A stretch of DNA of 62,847 nucleotides, counting the filler, from Stramenopiles sp. TOSAG23-3 (taxonomy: Eukaryota): the NCBI GenBank assembly GCA_900128585.1. It is 41 parts of 41 records of this genome, joined end to end, with 100 filler letters (N's around TTAATTAATTAA, not from the genome) between each part and the next. Parts side by side here need not be neighbours in the genome. Positions count along the whole stretch, not along the records: positions 35,473 to 36,905 come from LT645861.1; positions 37,006 to 38,437 come from LT645862.1; positions 38,538 to 39,969 come from LT645863.1; positions 40,070 to 41,501 come from LT645864.1; positions 41,602 to 43,032 come from LT645865.1; positions 43,133 to 44,563 come from LT645866.1; positions 44,664 to 46,094 come from LT645867.1; 34 more parts are not named here. The stretch is one strand, 5' to 3'. Position 1 is the first letter of the stretch; each line of letters opens with the position of its first letter. Below the pieces are notes generated by a model. The model searched no databases, was not told where the DNA came from, and saw nothing but the letters and a program-made list of their open reading frames with translations. Positions 35,473 to 46,039 of this stretch are shown one piece after another. A program made the translations under genes and the position numbers.

Positions 35473-36401
35473 CAATACTCTTATAATTTTTCTTCTTTAC
35501 TTTGAACATGTCTTGGTTAGACTCGAACGTGACCAAGGATCCTTCGGATGACAAAAGCATTTCTACGTCTTTGACCAGAGAATTTCGAGGCTCCTCGGGG
35601 AAGCCGAACTTCCTAAACAAAGTTTCACTGTTAACAGCAGCGCCCCGCTTTCCTGCGACAATATGGCGTACAACGTTTCCTAACACTTTGAAGTAAGCTT
35701 CTTTTGATAGCTCCTCGGGCAACTCTTTAGCAGCCACTGGGAGGTACTCCAATATATTTCGGGTGGTTTTGGTTATATCACCTTTCGTTGCTTCGTCACT
35801 GTGTTTTCCCGCCAAGTACGATTCTTTCATCATCAGAGCAGCCGAGGTGACCCCCAACAACTTAATAGATTTCTCTTCGACACCGCATTTGGAGGCAACA
35901 AAGAGGCCTTTTTGAAGAACGTTCAATATTTTTTGTACCAAACGCTTGTATCTTTCCTGAAGCTCTATTAGAGCTGAACTCATCTCTGCATTCTTCATTG
36001 TCGAACTGCTTGGCGATGTCGTTTTTTCCGTTCGTGATACCTGCTACGAAGGCTCCAAGGGCCTTTCCAACCTCTAGGTCCGTGTCTTTCTCGAAGAATA
36101 GATGAATAGCTTTTTTTCTCAGGCCATTTCCAAAGAGTCCTCGGCACTTGCACTCGTTCAAGCCCGTCAAGTCACAGGCACACTCACCTTTGCAACCACT
36201 TTCTTTTGGAACGCACTCCCCGTCTTTCCTGCACATTCCGGCTGCAACAGCAACGGCCTTAATTGCCCCCCATGTACTTCGTTTCTTAAGTTGGCACTCA
36301 CCATAGAAGGTTGCCTCTGTAGAGATGATTTTTTCGGCACTTACCAGGAGACACAACGTTAGGAGTGTAAACACAACTAAACTTCCCCGAAAAAGCTTCA
36401 T
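35473..36401 (-). CDS. Secreted Cys-rich protein with an apparent frameshift near 35990
   Basis: Signal-peptide ORF (36401-35862) overlaps a second same-strand ORF from 35998 to the contig edge. Confidence 0.6.
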
Positions 36402-37005
36402 GTTTGAAATACGTAGAAAACAAAAGTTCTAGTTTTTGTTCGAGAAAATCAGTTTAAGAAAAAGTGTAACTGAGAAGCAAGAAAATACCAAAAGAGTAAG
36501 TATTTTTCTGTTCGAATGGTTTTCGACCGGAACGCCTCGATTGTTATCTACAATTACGTGGAATCCAGCCTCTGTGTTGGGTGCACTTTTATTTAGAAGA
36601 GGTGGTAAAATAATATTTTTTGTTCTCTTCATTATTTCTATGTAATACTAAAAACTGTATTATCCATAGTATTTTAATGGTAGGGGTTTGTTAATAATGA
36701 CACAGCATTACATTAGATCAGATCCAGAATCCCCCCCCTTTTTTTCATCGTTTTTCTGACTTTTCCTTCTTTCGTTACTGTTAACAATTAGGATTTTCTT
36801 TATGACCAGAAGACTTTTTGTGACGATGATGGATGATGGAATTACAAGGCGATTATCCATCTCTATGGTATTACCTGTACGAAACATTTCCTCTTTTTTA
36901 TTTAANNNNNNNNNNNNNNNNNNNNNNNNNNNNNNNNNNNNNNNNNNNNTTAATTAATTAANNNNNNNNNNNNNNNNNNNNNNNNNNNNNNNNNNNNNNN
37001 NNNNN

Positions 37006-37262
37006 TTCAGCTCCCGCGCACCGTGTGTCTTGGTTTTCATCATCCCGGTGATCCAAAATTTCCACGTACTGTTGGGCATCATGGAGTACTCTTTGTTTCT
37101 TAAAATTGCCCGCACGAACTCGTCCTCTTCCAGCGCGTTGTTTTTGTCCATATCAAGCTTTGAGAAAAAAGACTTTGCTTTTCCTACACTATTTTTATTC
37201 AGGTTTGTTTCGAGGGTGAGAAATTCGTCAAAGGTTACGATGCCGTTGCGGTTTCGGTCAAG
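37006..37262 (-). CDS. EF-hand protein fragment
   Basis: DRNRNGIVTFDEF and DMDKNNALEEDEF; no 5' end. Confidence 0.7.
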
Positions 37263-37673
37263 GTGAAGAGCATAGCGTACAAAGGCGACAGCGCAAAAAA
37301 GGCCCGGCGGCGCGAAATAGCTGAAGGAAAAGCTGTCAAGGACATGACGGCCGACGAGAGGCGGGACATGGAACTGCTGCAGGCAGCTGAGCATCGGCAA
37401 AGGCAAGGGAAGATCAAAAAGAAGCACGATGACGCGAAGAAGGGAGGGCATGGAAAGTACGTTCACAGGCACAACGATGACCTGGAAATTAACTCGGAGG
37501 ACACAAACGCGGAAATAAATGTAAAGCTGAAGAAGAAGAGGGACATAGAGCACGAGCTACTTGCTAAAAAAATTGAAATGCATTCGAAGAAGGTGGCCGG
37601 CAAGCAGCGCAGGAGGCGAGGCGCAGATGACGACGACGAAATAGAGGCTTTGATACGTGGCAAGGTGCGGTAA
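37263..37673 (+). CDS. C-terminal fragment of a charged hypothetical protein
   Basis: K/E/D/R-rich frame ending TAA at 37673; no ATG start. Confidence 0.65.
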   Translation: MKSIAYKGDSAKKARRREIAEGKAVKDMTADERRDMELLQAAEHRQRQGKIKKKHDDAKKGGHGKYVHRHNDDLEINSEDTNAEINVKLKKKRDIEHELLAKKIEMHSKKVAGKQRRRRGADDDDEIEALIRGKVR

Positions 37674-37865
37674 AGCGTGGGAGAAAGAAATTTAAACACA
37701 CCAGGCAAGTTATCTCTTGCGTTATTCTTCAATTTGGTGTCGTGTAAATGTGGTTGTTCTACTGTAATGGGCCCTGTTAAATTGGATCATTGGCTAGTGT
37801 TTGGGAAAGTACCTCCTCCACTCAATAAACATTTACGCGTGTTAAGAAATTTATTAAAACACTCT

Positions 37866-37890
37866 AATAACAGCCAATTTTCTTGTTTTT
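37866..37890 (-). mobile_element. Dispersed element copy 4 with target-site duplication
   Basis: AATAACAGCCAATTTTCTTGTTTTT flanked by TTTATTAAAACACTCT at 37850-37865 and 37888-37903. Confidence 0.9.
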
Positions 37891-37904
37891 ATTAAAACAC
37901 TCTT

Positions 37905-38437
37905 TCATTTACCAAACCGCTTCTCCATGGCGGCCAACCGGGCGGCCCTCATTTCTTCCCTGGACTTCGCTTTGGATCCGCCGCCCAACGTGTTCGAGGT
38001 GGCCATCACCTGCCTCCGGGGTTTCTCGTTTACGACAGAGCTGCCACTTCCAAACTTTCCGCCTTGGTTTTGCTTGTTTGCTTGATACCGTTGGGACGCC
38101 GCGCTCGTGGCCCCCCCCATGGTGTTCACGACACCTTTCATTTGCCCGTACGACTGTGGCTCTTTTCGAAGACCTTTCATTTTTCCACCAGTGCTGCGGA
38201 CACTTTTCGTGCGACCGGCGACGCCGGTCTTTATGTTCGACCTCCGCTTCTGGTCGCCGTGAATGGGGTTCCCACCAAGGTCGCACGCTCCCGCGCCTCG
38301 GCGGTTGAATTTAGGGTTTCGCGCCAGCTTCTTTCGGTTGGGGTTTGCCATTTTCGTCGAAACGGTGTGGATGGTGGTGCCGCCCTGGCGGACCGCCTTG
38401 GTCGTGATCATCGAGCCTTTGTCGTTTTTGAAGGCCG
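37905..38437 (-). CDS. Basic G/K/R-rich hypothetical protein, 5'-partial
   Basis: Ends LGGG...REEMRAARLAAMEKRFGK. Confidence 0.7.
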
Positions 38438-38537
38438 NNNNNNNNNNNNNNNNNNNNNNNNNNNNNNNNNNNNNNNNNNNNTTAATTAATTAANNNNNNN
38501 NNNNNNNNNNNNNNNNNNNNNNNNNNNNNNNNNNNNN

Positions 38538-38648
38538 GGTGGCTACGGCTACGGTGCTCAGCCCCCCCAGCAGCAATCGTACGACCAACAAGGCGCGGCG
38601 CAGTATTACCAACAACCACCTGCGGGCCAGTACCCCCCGCAGTACTAA
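38538..38648 (+). CDS. C-terminal G/Y/Q/P-rich tail of a gene
   Basis: GGYGYGAQPPQQQSYDQQGAAQYYQQPPAGQYPPQY-stop, read manually from the contig edge. Confidence 0.65.
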   Translation, partial: GGYGYGAQPPQQQSYDQQGAAQYYQQPPAGQYPPQY

Positions 38649-39440
38649 GAAATCGCTTTTGCCCGTCTTTTGTAGCTTTTGTAGTACATGTCTTAAAACT
38701 CTTAGAGTGATATATTTAGAGCAAATTGGTTGAGGGATGGACGAATCACTCACTGCTCAAAATCTTGTTCGATGTAGCCCTTTGGCGCAAGCCTTGCACT
38801 ACATGTATTCGACCGACCAACGTTTCTATAGAACCGACCGATCACCCGTGTACACACAAATTCAAAAGCATCAAATTTCATCATCAGCCGTTTCAAACAC
38901 CAAATTTACACATATCATACGCCAGACGCGCCAGACTCATATGATACACATTATTTTTCAAACTTCGCAGTAAACCAAATTGAAAAAAGAAAAAAAAACA
39001 CCTAGTCTGCCGCTTATCGTGCCCACGGCCACGAAATTAAAAGCAAGCAGGACGTTCGGCGTTCACTTGTTAATAGCTACGTACGAAGTACGTACATTTT
39101 CATTTTACCTAAGATGCTCTTACTCTAAGATCTCTACATCTTGAAATATCATATCTTCTCGCTTTTCATTTCGTTCGCATGCGATGCAACTCTGTGAAAA
39201 GATAAAGATACACCTTCCAACCAAATATAGTCACAGCATTCAATAAAAACATTTTTTCTATCTCTCTCGCCGCCACCACATGAAGAAGAAGAAAGAGAGA
39301 TCTTTATTTTTATAATTTTTCTTCTTCTCTTCTTCTTCTTCTTTTCTTCTTCTTTTCTTCTTCTTTTCTTCTTCTTTTTTCTCTCGTTTCTATTTTTTCT
39401 TCTTCTTCCTCCTCTTTTAAAAAAAAAAAAAAAAAAAAAA

Positions 39441-39578
39441 AGAAAATTGGCTGTTATTTTATATAGATAGAAATTAAAACTTGTCTTTGCTCTTGTGGTT
39501 TTACTAATCGATATACCCTTTTCACTTAGTCTTGGCTATCAATCGGAGATGGACTCCATGCACAATCCGAATCGGTAG
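39441..39578 (+). mobile_element. Dispersed element copy 5: head joined to the 79-bp core (copy B)
   Basis: A-run, then AGAAAATTGGCTGTTATTT, then the core matching 29333-29411. Confidence 0.85.
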
Positions 39579-40069
39579 CTTCCTTTTTTTTCAATCAAGT
39601 TTTCACCTTTTACAAGTAGTCACGTCACGAATACTCGTCGTTCGTACTTGCCAGTTTGTACGATTACACGGTCAAAACATTCAGGTTTTATGTTGTGTCA
39701 CAAAGTAGAAATAGTAATTATCAAGAGATCACCTGGAACAGCGGACTATGCCGTCAAAGTTGAAGACCTCGCTGGCAGTTGTAGCCTCGGCGACTTCCCT
39801 GTATTTGGCGTTGGAGAAGCTGTCAAAGTATGACTTAAAATGGAACGGAAAATTTTTGCTGCTAAAGACCATTTTTATAACGTTGTTGAAAGGGGGGCTC
39901 AGAAAAATATGGCGCCTTATTGATAAACTCTTTCTCTCATCAATAATGTACTCCAAAGAACAGCTTTTTNNNNNNNNNNNNNNNNNNNNNNNNNNNNNNN
40001 NNNNNNNNNNNNNTTAATTAATTAANNNNNNNNNNNNNNNNNNNNNNNNNNNNNNNNNNNNNNNNNNNN

Positions 40070-40528
40070 GCACACGAACTGCACCAGCTCGGTCTGCCCT
40101 TGCTGATGTCTGATATTCCGACCTTTCGAAACTTTGTTCATGGCCGGCAAGTGCTCAAATGGCAGCACAACGACACCATGTCCCTTGTCTCAATTTTAAA
40201 CGACGCAGTCACGAAGGACGATTTGATAAAGAAGCTTTCGATGTCCCCTCGAATGACGTACAAAAATGCCGGCACCCCCTATAAGGAAATCATCGAGAAC
40301 GGCCCTTTGCGAAATCGGCTTGAGTCCAACCGTGGCTTCATGACGAAAGCAATGTGCGAAGCGCACCAAAAATTTACGAATGAGTTTTTTGACCAGAACA
40401 TGCAGCGAAAGTTGATGTCGTTGTCGTCAAAGAAGGAAGAAGACCGCGGATTGGTCGGGATCCTTCCCTCTTATCTTCTTAAGACCGATCCATCATCCGG
40501 TGGTGATGGGGAAGAAGAATTGGAGTGA
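40070..40528 (+). CDS. C-terminal part of a hypothetical protein
   Basis: Open from the contig edge to TGA at 40528. Confidence 0.7.
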   Translation, partial: AHELHQLGLPLLMSDIPTFRNFVHGRQVLKWQHNDTMSLVSILNDAVTKDDLIKKLSMSPRMTYKNAGTPYKEIIENGPLRNRLESNRGFMTKAMCEAHQKFTNEFFDQNMQRKLMSLSSKKEEDRGLVGILPSYLLKTDPSSGGDGEEELE

Positions 40529-40752
40529 TGGATGGAAATATCTGAAGTATGATACAGGTAATAGACGAAGTTAAAAAGAAGACTCTAGAAAGAACAAACT
40601 TGGCAGCGAAATCTTACCAAAGCGGGGGGTATATTTTAAGAATAGAAGAGTGTTAGAATATTTTATCACAATATGGGAAGAACGAAGATGATCTTAATTT
40701 TAAATTAATGTACTTTATAAATAACAGAGCCAATGTTCTTGAGTTCAATAAA

Positions 40753-40795
40753 AAAACAAGAAAATTGGCTGTTATTTAAGTAATTAAATTTAGCT
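40753..40795 (+). mobile_element. Dispersed element copy 6 (TTTAGCT variant), with a degenerate inverted copy at 40718-40741
   Basis: AAAACAAGAAAATTGGCTGTTATTTAAGTAATTAAATTTAGCT, identical to 62771-62813. Confidence 0.9.
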
Positions 40796-41601
40796 ATATC
40801 TTTGTCCTCATATTATTCTTGTCACCCGAAGAAGTGATTACTCGCAGGAGTCTCCAAAGAGGGGCGAAACTTTCAGGAACTTTGACTGGGAGAAGAATCG
40901 GTTTGTTGAATACATATCACCCTCCATAAAAATAAAAAAACATTATTACTTTCGAAAGCAATCTTAAGATTTCGAAGAATCAATGACTGAATAATAAAAT
41001 TTCTCGCCGAACCCTAACCCTAACCTAACCTGAATTGGGATTCTTCTAGCGGTATATAATAGTAATAGTCTCCTATATAATCCCTAATATAGTATGCATT
41101 TGTTGTATAGTCCGAATACATCATGGTAAGCGAAGTCTGATTACTCTGTGACATGACAAGAGCAAATTTTATAAAAATAAAGCTTTAATATAAATAATAT
41201 GTTCCAAATTGAATAATTAATGAAATTTGAATATAATAGCAGATAGCATAGAGTTTAAGAATTTTTAAAAATGTTTCTTACCTTCAATTATACTAATATT
41301 TATACAAGTACATTATCATTTCTATATAATATAATAGAACAGACTACCTCCATTCTTTTCTTTTCTTTCAATTTATTAGCTGGACAAAATAAGTCATTAT
41401 TAAGGATATATTCTTTCAGTATTATATATGTTGTGTGTATATAAATATATATATTTTATCCCTTTTTTTTAATTCTATTTAGTTATGATTATGATTAATA
41501 TNNNNNNNNNNNNNNNNNNNNNNNNNNNNNNNNNNNNNNNNNNNNTTAATTAATTAANNNNNNNNNNNNNNNNNNNNNNNNNNNNNNNNNNNNNNNNNNN
41601 N

Positions 41602-41821
41602 CCCTCTTTTCTTTCTTCAATTTTTCATCAAACACCGTTCCTTTCATCCACTCTTTTTGCGGCTTATCACTATCTTCACCCCCACCATCGATATTGCTGT
41701 CCGATTTGGAAGCAGAGAAGCACTTCACATTGAACGCCAGGCTGGACAAGGCAGGATGCCTCCGCCCACAACTGCGCGGAACACCCGCACGAACGGCCCG
41801 GGCCATTGGACGAAGAAACAT
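41602..41821 (-). CDS. N-terminus of a probable mitochondrial protein
   Basis: MFLRPMARAVRAGVPRSCGRR...KCFSA presequence-like. Confidence 0.6.
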
Positions 41822-42960
41822 GGTTGGAAAATGTAAGGAAATTTTGATCACAATTCGAAGCAATTGTTCCCCTCGTTTATACAACGCCTTTTACCCAGGA
41901 CAAGGAATTTGTAGAACGAACAAGTCGTCAAACACCCACCACTTCTTATCATTCGTCGATTTAAAATCATAGAATCGCCGGCAGCCGGACGACGGTCGTC
42001 CACCAAAAAAAAATATAATAATAATAATAAATAATAAAAAAATAATAATAATAATAATATTTTTTGGGGAGGAGTATTAGTATTATAATATAATAATACC
42101 ATGTACGGTACTACCTGTACAAAATTCGAAGATTGTAATAATAATACGAGGAGGAGGTCTAATCCAAAATAAATAACAAATAATGGAGAGAAGATAACTA
42201 AATTGTATTGTCCATAATAATAATAACTAACTAATAATGAGGAGGACTATGATAAAAAACAAACAAAGAAAGAAAAAGAAGAGGAGATGAAGAAGAAAGA
42301 AGAAGAACGAACTGGTTATTATTAGACGACGACTATTAATATTATACGTACCTACCGGTACCAGGTAAAATACCAAACGGGTGGGATTGCAAAGAAAACT
42401 TCAATGTTTTCTTCTGTTCTCTTCTTTCTTCTTATTAGTTATAAATATTTAAATATTAATTGATAAATAATTATAAAAATATATTCAGTGTCTATGTTTA
42501 TCCGATGGTACTTATATGTTAGTCTATTAATAAAATCCAATAATAATAATATTTTTTTTTCTGTTGTTTTTTTTTTTTTTTTGATGAACGAACAACACGA
42601 AGAAGAAGAATCCAAATTATAATAATTATGTATACATTGAATAGCATGAAAATATGTCCTAAAAAAAGAAGAAAAAAAAAGTTCGACGAATAATATTTTT
42701 TTATTATTATTACCTTCCTTATTATATTTTACAATATTGCATTATTTATTACCAACAACGGGTACTTCTTGGTGGTATTTTAACTATCTATCCTTGCAAC
42801 AGTTGTGATACAAGCATATCTTGTAGAGTCTTGGATCAGTCGCTAACTTGATTAAAAAGTACACATCGAAAATATTGCACACATCTCAGTTTGGCAATAT
42901 CGATTGACGGAAAACCACACTTGCAAGCGTGAATAAAGCACCTTTCCCTGCACGGAATAA

Positions 42961-43032
42961 ATGAGAGCGTTTGCCTTGCTTCTTTTAGTTGCCACGGCTA
43001 CTCGTGGACTTTCTGCCGAGTTTTCTTACAAT
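42961..43032 (+). CDS. Signal-peptide start of a secreted protein
   Basis: MRAFALLLLVATATRGLSAEFSYN running into the contig edge. Confidence 0.55.
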
Positions 43033-43372
43033 NNNNNNNNNNNNNNNNNNNNNNNNNNNNNNNNNNNNNNNNNNNNTTAATTAATTAANNNNNNNNNNNN
43101 NNNNNNNNNNNNNNNNNNNNNNNNNNNNNNNNTGACGATGCAACAGCACCGGCACTTCCTGCCTTGCGCACGCAGACCTGCGATTTACCGCCGTGGCCAT
43201 GTCGTACTGCAGGTCCGTTTTAACCATCGCCTCCCCACAACTCGCCCCACCTGTCGTTCCAATTGGTCCAACTGCTTTGGCAGATCAAATGTTATTGTTC
43301 GTCTTCTTTTTTGATTGTTCTGTACGCATGTTTTTTTTGCGCTTCATCCTGTCGGAAAACAATTAAAAGAAA

Positions 43373-44563
43373 ATGATCAAAACTATTGTTGTGACACTTG
43401 CGGCCATTGCGTTCGTCGCCAATGGCGAATCGAATCTTCGATCCAACACCGCCGCTGAAGTCGAAGGGAATCGTTGCAAGAGATCGGATCTCTCCAAGGA
43501 CAAAAATTTGCTCAACAATTACTGCCGGGACCGCACATATCTCTGGAACAATCAATACTGTATGTTGAAATGCCCAGATAACAGCAAAGTCAAGGTCAAG
43601 TGCAAAGGATCCCAATGGGAGCCACAGCGTTGCGCTCCCACCGCTCCCAGCGCTCCCACGGGAGACAAATTTTACGCAGTCATGGGCAAGATTTCAGGGC
43701 GCAAGAAGCCACTGGCACCCGCTATCGGCGTGCACTGCCTCAGTCGCGGCACGACAAAAGCCACGGAAGCCCCGTACAACAACAAAATTTGGGGCCAAAA
43801 GCATGGTGCGTTGTCCGTGCAATGCTGTGGCGCAGAGAACTTCCGTTCCAACACCGACAACAATAAAAAGTGGGTGGTCAAGGAACAGCAGGGCGTTTTT
43901 GCCACCCGCTTCACTCGCAACGTTGTCCCGGGCGGTCAGTGGAATCTGGACGCCTGTAAGAGTGGTAAGACTTTCGACGAGGCATTTGATATTTGTGCGA
44001 AGAATGGTCTCCGTCTGTGTACCAAGGACGAAGTGATGGCGAACGAGCAAAACGTAGGCTGCAATACAGGTTCAAACTTGCAGTGGACTGGCACACCATG
44101 CGACGGAGCAGTCGGTGGAACCCCGAATAAGGACGTCTCGAAGGAACTCAATGAAATTCGTGACCAGTTCAAAAATCTCATCGCCGCAGAGGAACCGGCG
44201 ACCAAAGAGGAGGAGCAAAGGGATGATAAATTTGAGTGCACCACAGACAAGAACTTCATCATAGGCAGCTACAGCCAAATCGAGGTGGTCCTTAACGGCC
44301 AGCCGAGTCGCAAAATTTTCGATGAATACGAAGCAGTAGCGTTCTGCAGAAACGAGTGCGACAAGAGAGAGGCATCCGGAGAAGGCTGCAAAGCCTTTTG
44401 GTACCAGCGCCACAGACCAAATCCAAACGAACGTCGTGGAACCCACGGGTACAAAGTGTGTGCTTTTTACAAGAAAAACGGACGTGCAGTACGACATGGC
44501 CACGGCGGTAAATCGCAGGTCTGCGTGCGCAAGGCAGGAAGTGCCGGTGCTGTTGCATCGTCA
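43373..44563 (+). CDS. Secreted multi-domain Cys-rich protein with a PAN/apple-like module (3'-partial)
   Basis: Signal peptide; KTFDEAFDICAKNGLRLCT module; C...C...GCKAFWY...C PAN-like pattern. Confidence 0.75.
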
Positions 44564-44746
44564 NNNNNNNNNNNNNNNNNNNNNNNNNNNNNNNNNNNNN
44601 NNNNNNNTTAATTAATTAANNNNNNNNNNNNNNNNNNNNNNNNNNNNNNNNNNNNNNNNNNNNATGGGTTTATATAGGTATGGATGTCTACTTAAACAGT
44701 ACGTGCTCCGTCTGCCCAAAACAAATACACAACGTTTCAAAATACT

Positions 44747-46039
44747 TTAAACAATGGTACAAGAACGACAGCACACACTGACACCATGAATCTTTGTGCT
44801 TTTTGGTAGTGAACGAAGGGGGCTCGTGTCCACGATTGGATTTCTATCGAGGTAGAGATTCCAGAGATTAACGAGCGTTGCCAGTGGTGCCACGTCCACT
44901 ATTTTATTGTCTTGGAGGCGGAGCCACCTGAGATTAACGAGCGTTGCCAGTGGTGCCACGTCCACGATTTGATTGTCCTGGAGGTCGAGCGACGTGAGAT
45001 TAACGAGCGTTGCCAGTGGTGCCACGTCCACGATTTGATTTCTACCGAGGTCGAGCCGCGTGAGATTAACGAGCGTTGCCAGTGGTGCCACGTCCTGGAT
45101 TTTATTATTATCGAGCCCGAGCCCCGTGAGATTAACGAGCGATGCCAGTGGTCCCACGTCCACGATTTGATTACTATAGAGCCAGAGCTCCGTGAGTTCC
45201 TTACCGAGCGTTGTCAAGTCCTCTGATATTCGATGATTCCGAACTATCTGGCATCGAATTGGATACAGCGTTAGTGGTGTCACGTCCACGATTTTATTGT
45301 TACAGAGGTCGAGCCGACTCGAGTGTGGCGGTGTGAAGCGCCAGAGCCACTTGAGATTAACGAACGTTGCCAGTGGTGCCACGTTCGCGATGTGATTATA
45401 TTGGAGCTTGAGCTCCCTGAGATCAACGAGCGTTGCCAGTGGTGCCACGTCCACGATTTTATTAAACCTGAGGTCGAGCGTGGTGAGATGAACGAGCCCT
45501 GCCAGTGGTGCCACGTCCTGGATTTTATTTTTATCGAGCCTGAGCTGCGTGAGATGAACGAGCCCTCCCAGTGGTGCCACGTTCACGATTTGATTGTTAC
45601 AGAGCCAGAGCGTCTTGAGATTAACGAGCGTTGCCAGTGGCGTCACGTCCACGATTTTATTTCCATAGAGGTAGAGCGTCTTGAGATTAACGAGCGGTGC
45701 CAGTGGTCCCACGTCCGCGATTTTAGTATGCTTGAGGTTGAGCTTCTTCACCTTCAGCAGGTCCTTTCCCACCATCTCACGGAGCTCCGCCTCGGCGATG
45801 TCCAGATTGAAAAAACAAGTTTGACATGCCCTATGTCTCCACTCTTGGCATGTCTCCATAAGCTTCTTGATTATAGGACCATACTGTGGAAACTTTCTGA
45901 TGAACGTCTCCTCACCGTCGTGATGAAAAATGACCATCGCTTCAAACAACGTGTCGTTGGTTAGGTTGACTGAAACATCCTTCGCAGCAGCAGCAGCACC
46001 AGAGCTTCCCCCCCCGCATGCTTTCGTCAACTCCGTCAT
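44747..46039 (-). CDS. Internalin/SDS22-type LRR protein with C-terminal CaaX
   Basis: About 14 repeats of LxxLxLxxN(K/Q)IVDVAPLATLVN (66-bp units); ends CCRSCTIV. Confidence 0.92.
   Translation of the reverse strand: MTELTKACGGGSSGAAAAAKDVSVNLTNDTLFEAMVIFHHDGEETFIRKFPQYGPIIKKLMETCQEWRHRACQTCFFNLDIAEAELREMVGKDLLKVKKLNLKHTKIADVGPLAPLVNLKTLYLYGNKIVDVTPLATLVNLKTLWLCNNQIVNVAPLGGLVHLTQLRLDKNKIQDVAPLAGLVHLTTLDLRFNKIVDVAPLATLVDLRELKLQYNHIANVAPLATFVNLKWLWRFTPPHSSRLDLCNNKIVDVTPLTLYPIRCQIVRNHRISEDLTTLGKELTELWLYSNQIVDVGPLASLVNLTGLGLDNNKIQDVAPLATLVNLTRLDLGRNQIVDVAPLATLVNLTSLDLQDNQIVDVAPLATLVNLRWLRLQDNKIVDVAPLATLVNLWNLYLDRNPIVDTSPLRSLPKSTKIHGVSVCCRSCTIV

Noticed and set aside
44810-45760. CRISPR-like repeat-spacer appearance
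   Set aside because: The 66-bp period is an in-frame coding LRR; variable parts are codon-structured and no cas genes are present
44912-45964. Plus-strand ORFs with EINERCQWCHVHD repeats resembling multiheme CxxCH proteins
   Set aside because: Antisense shadow of the 66-bp LRR repeats; the minus frame has the canonical LRR consensus
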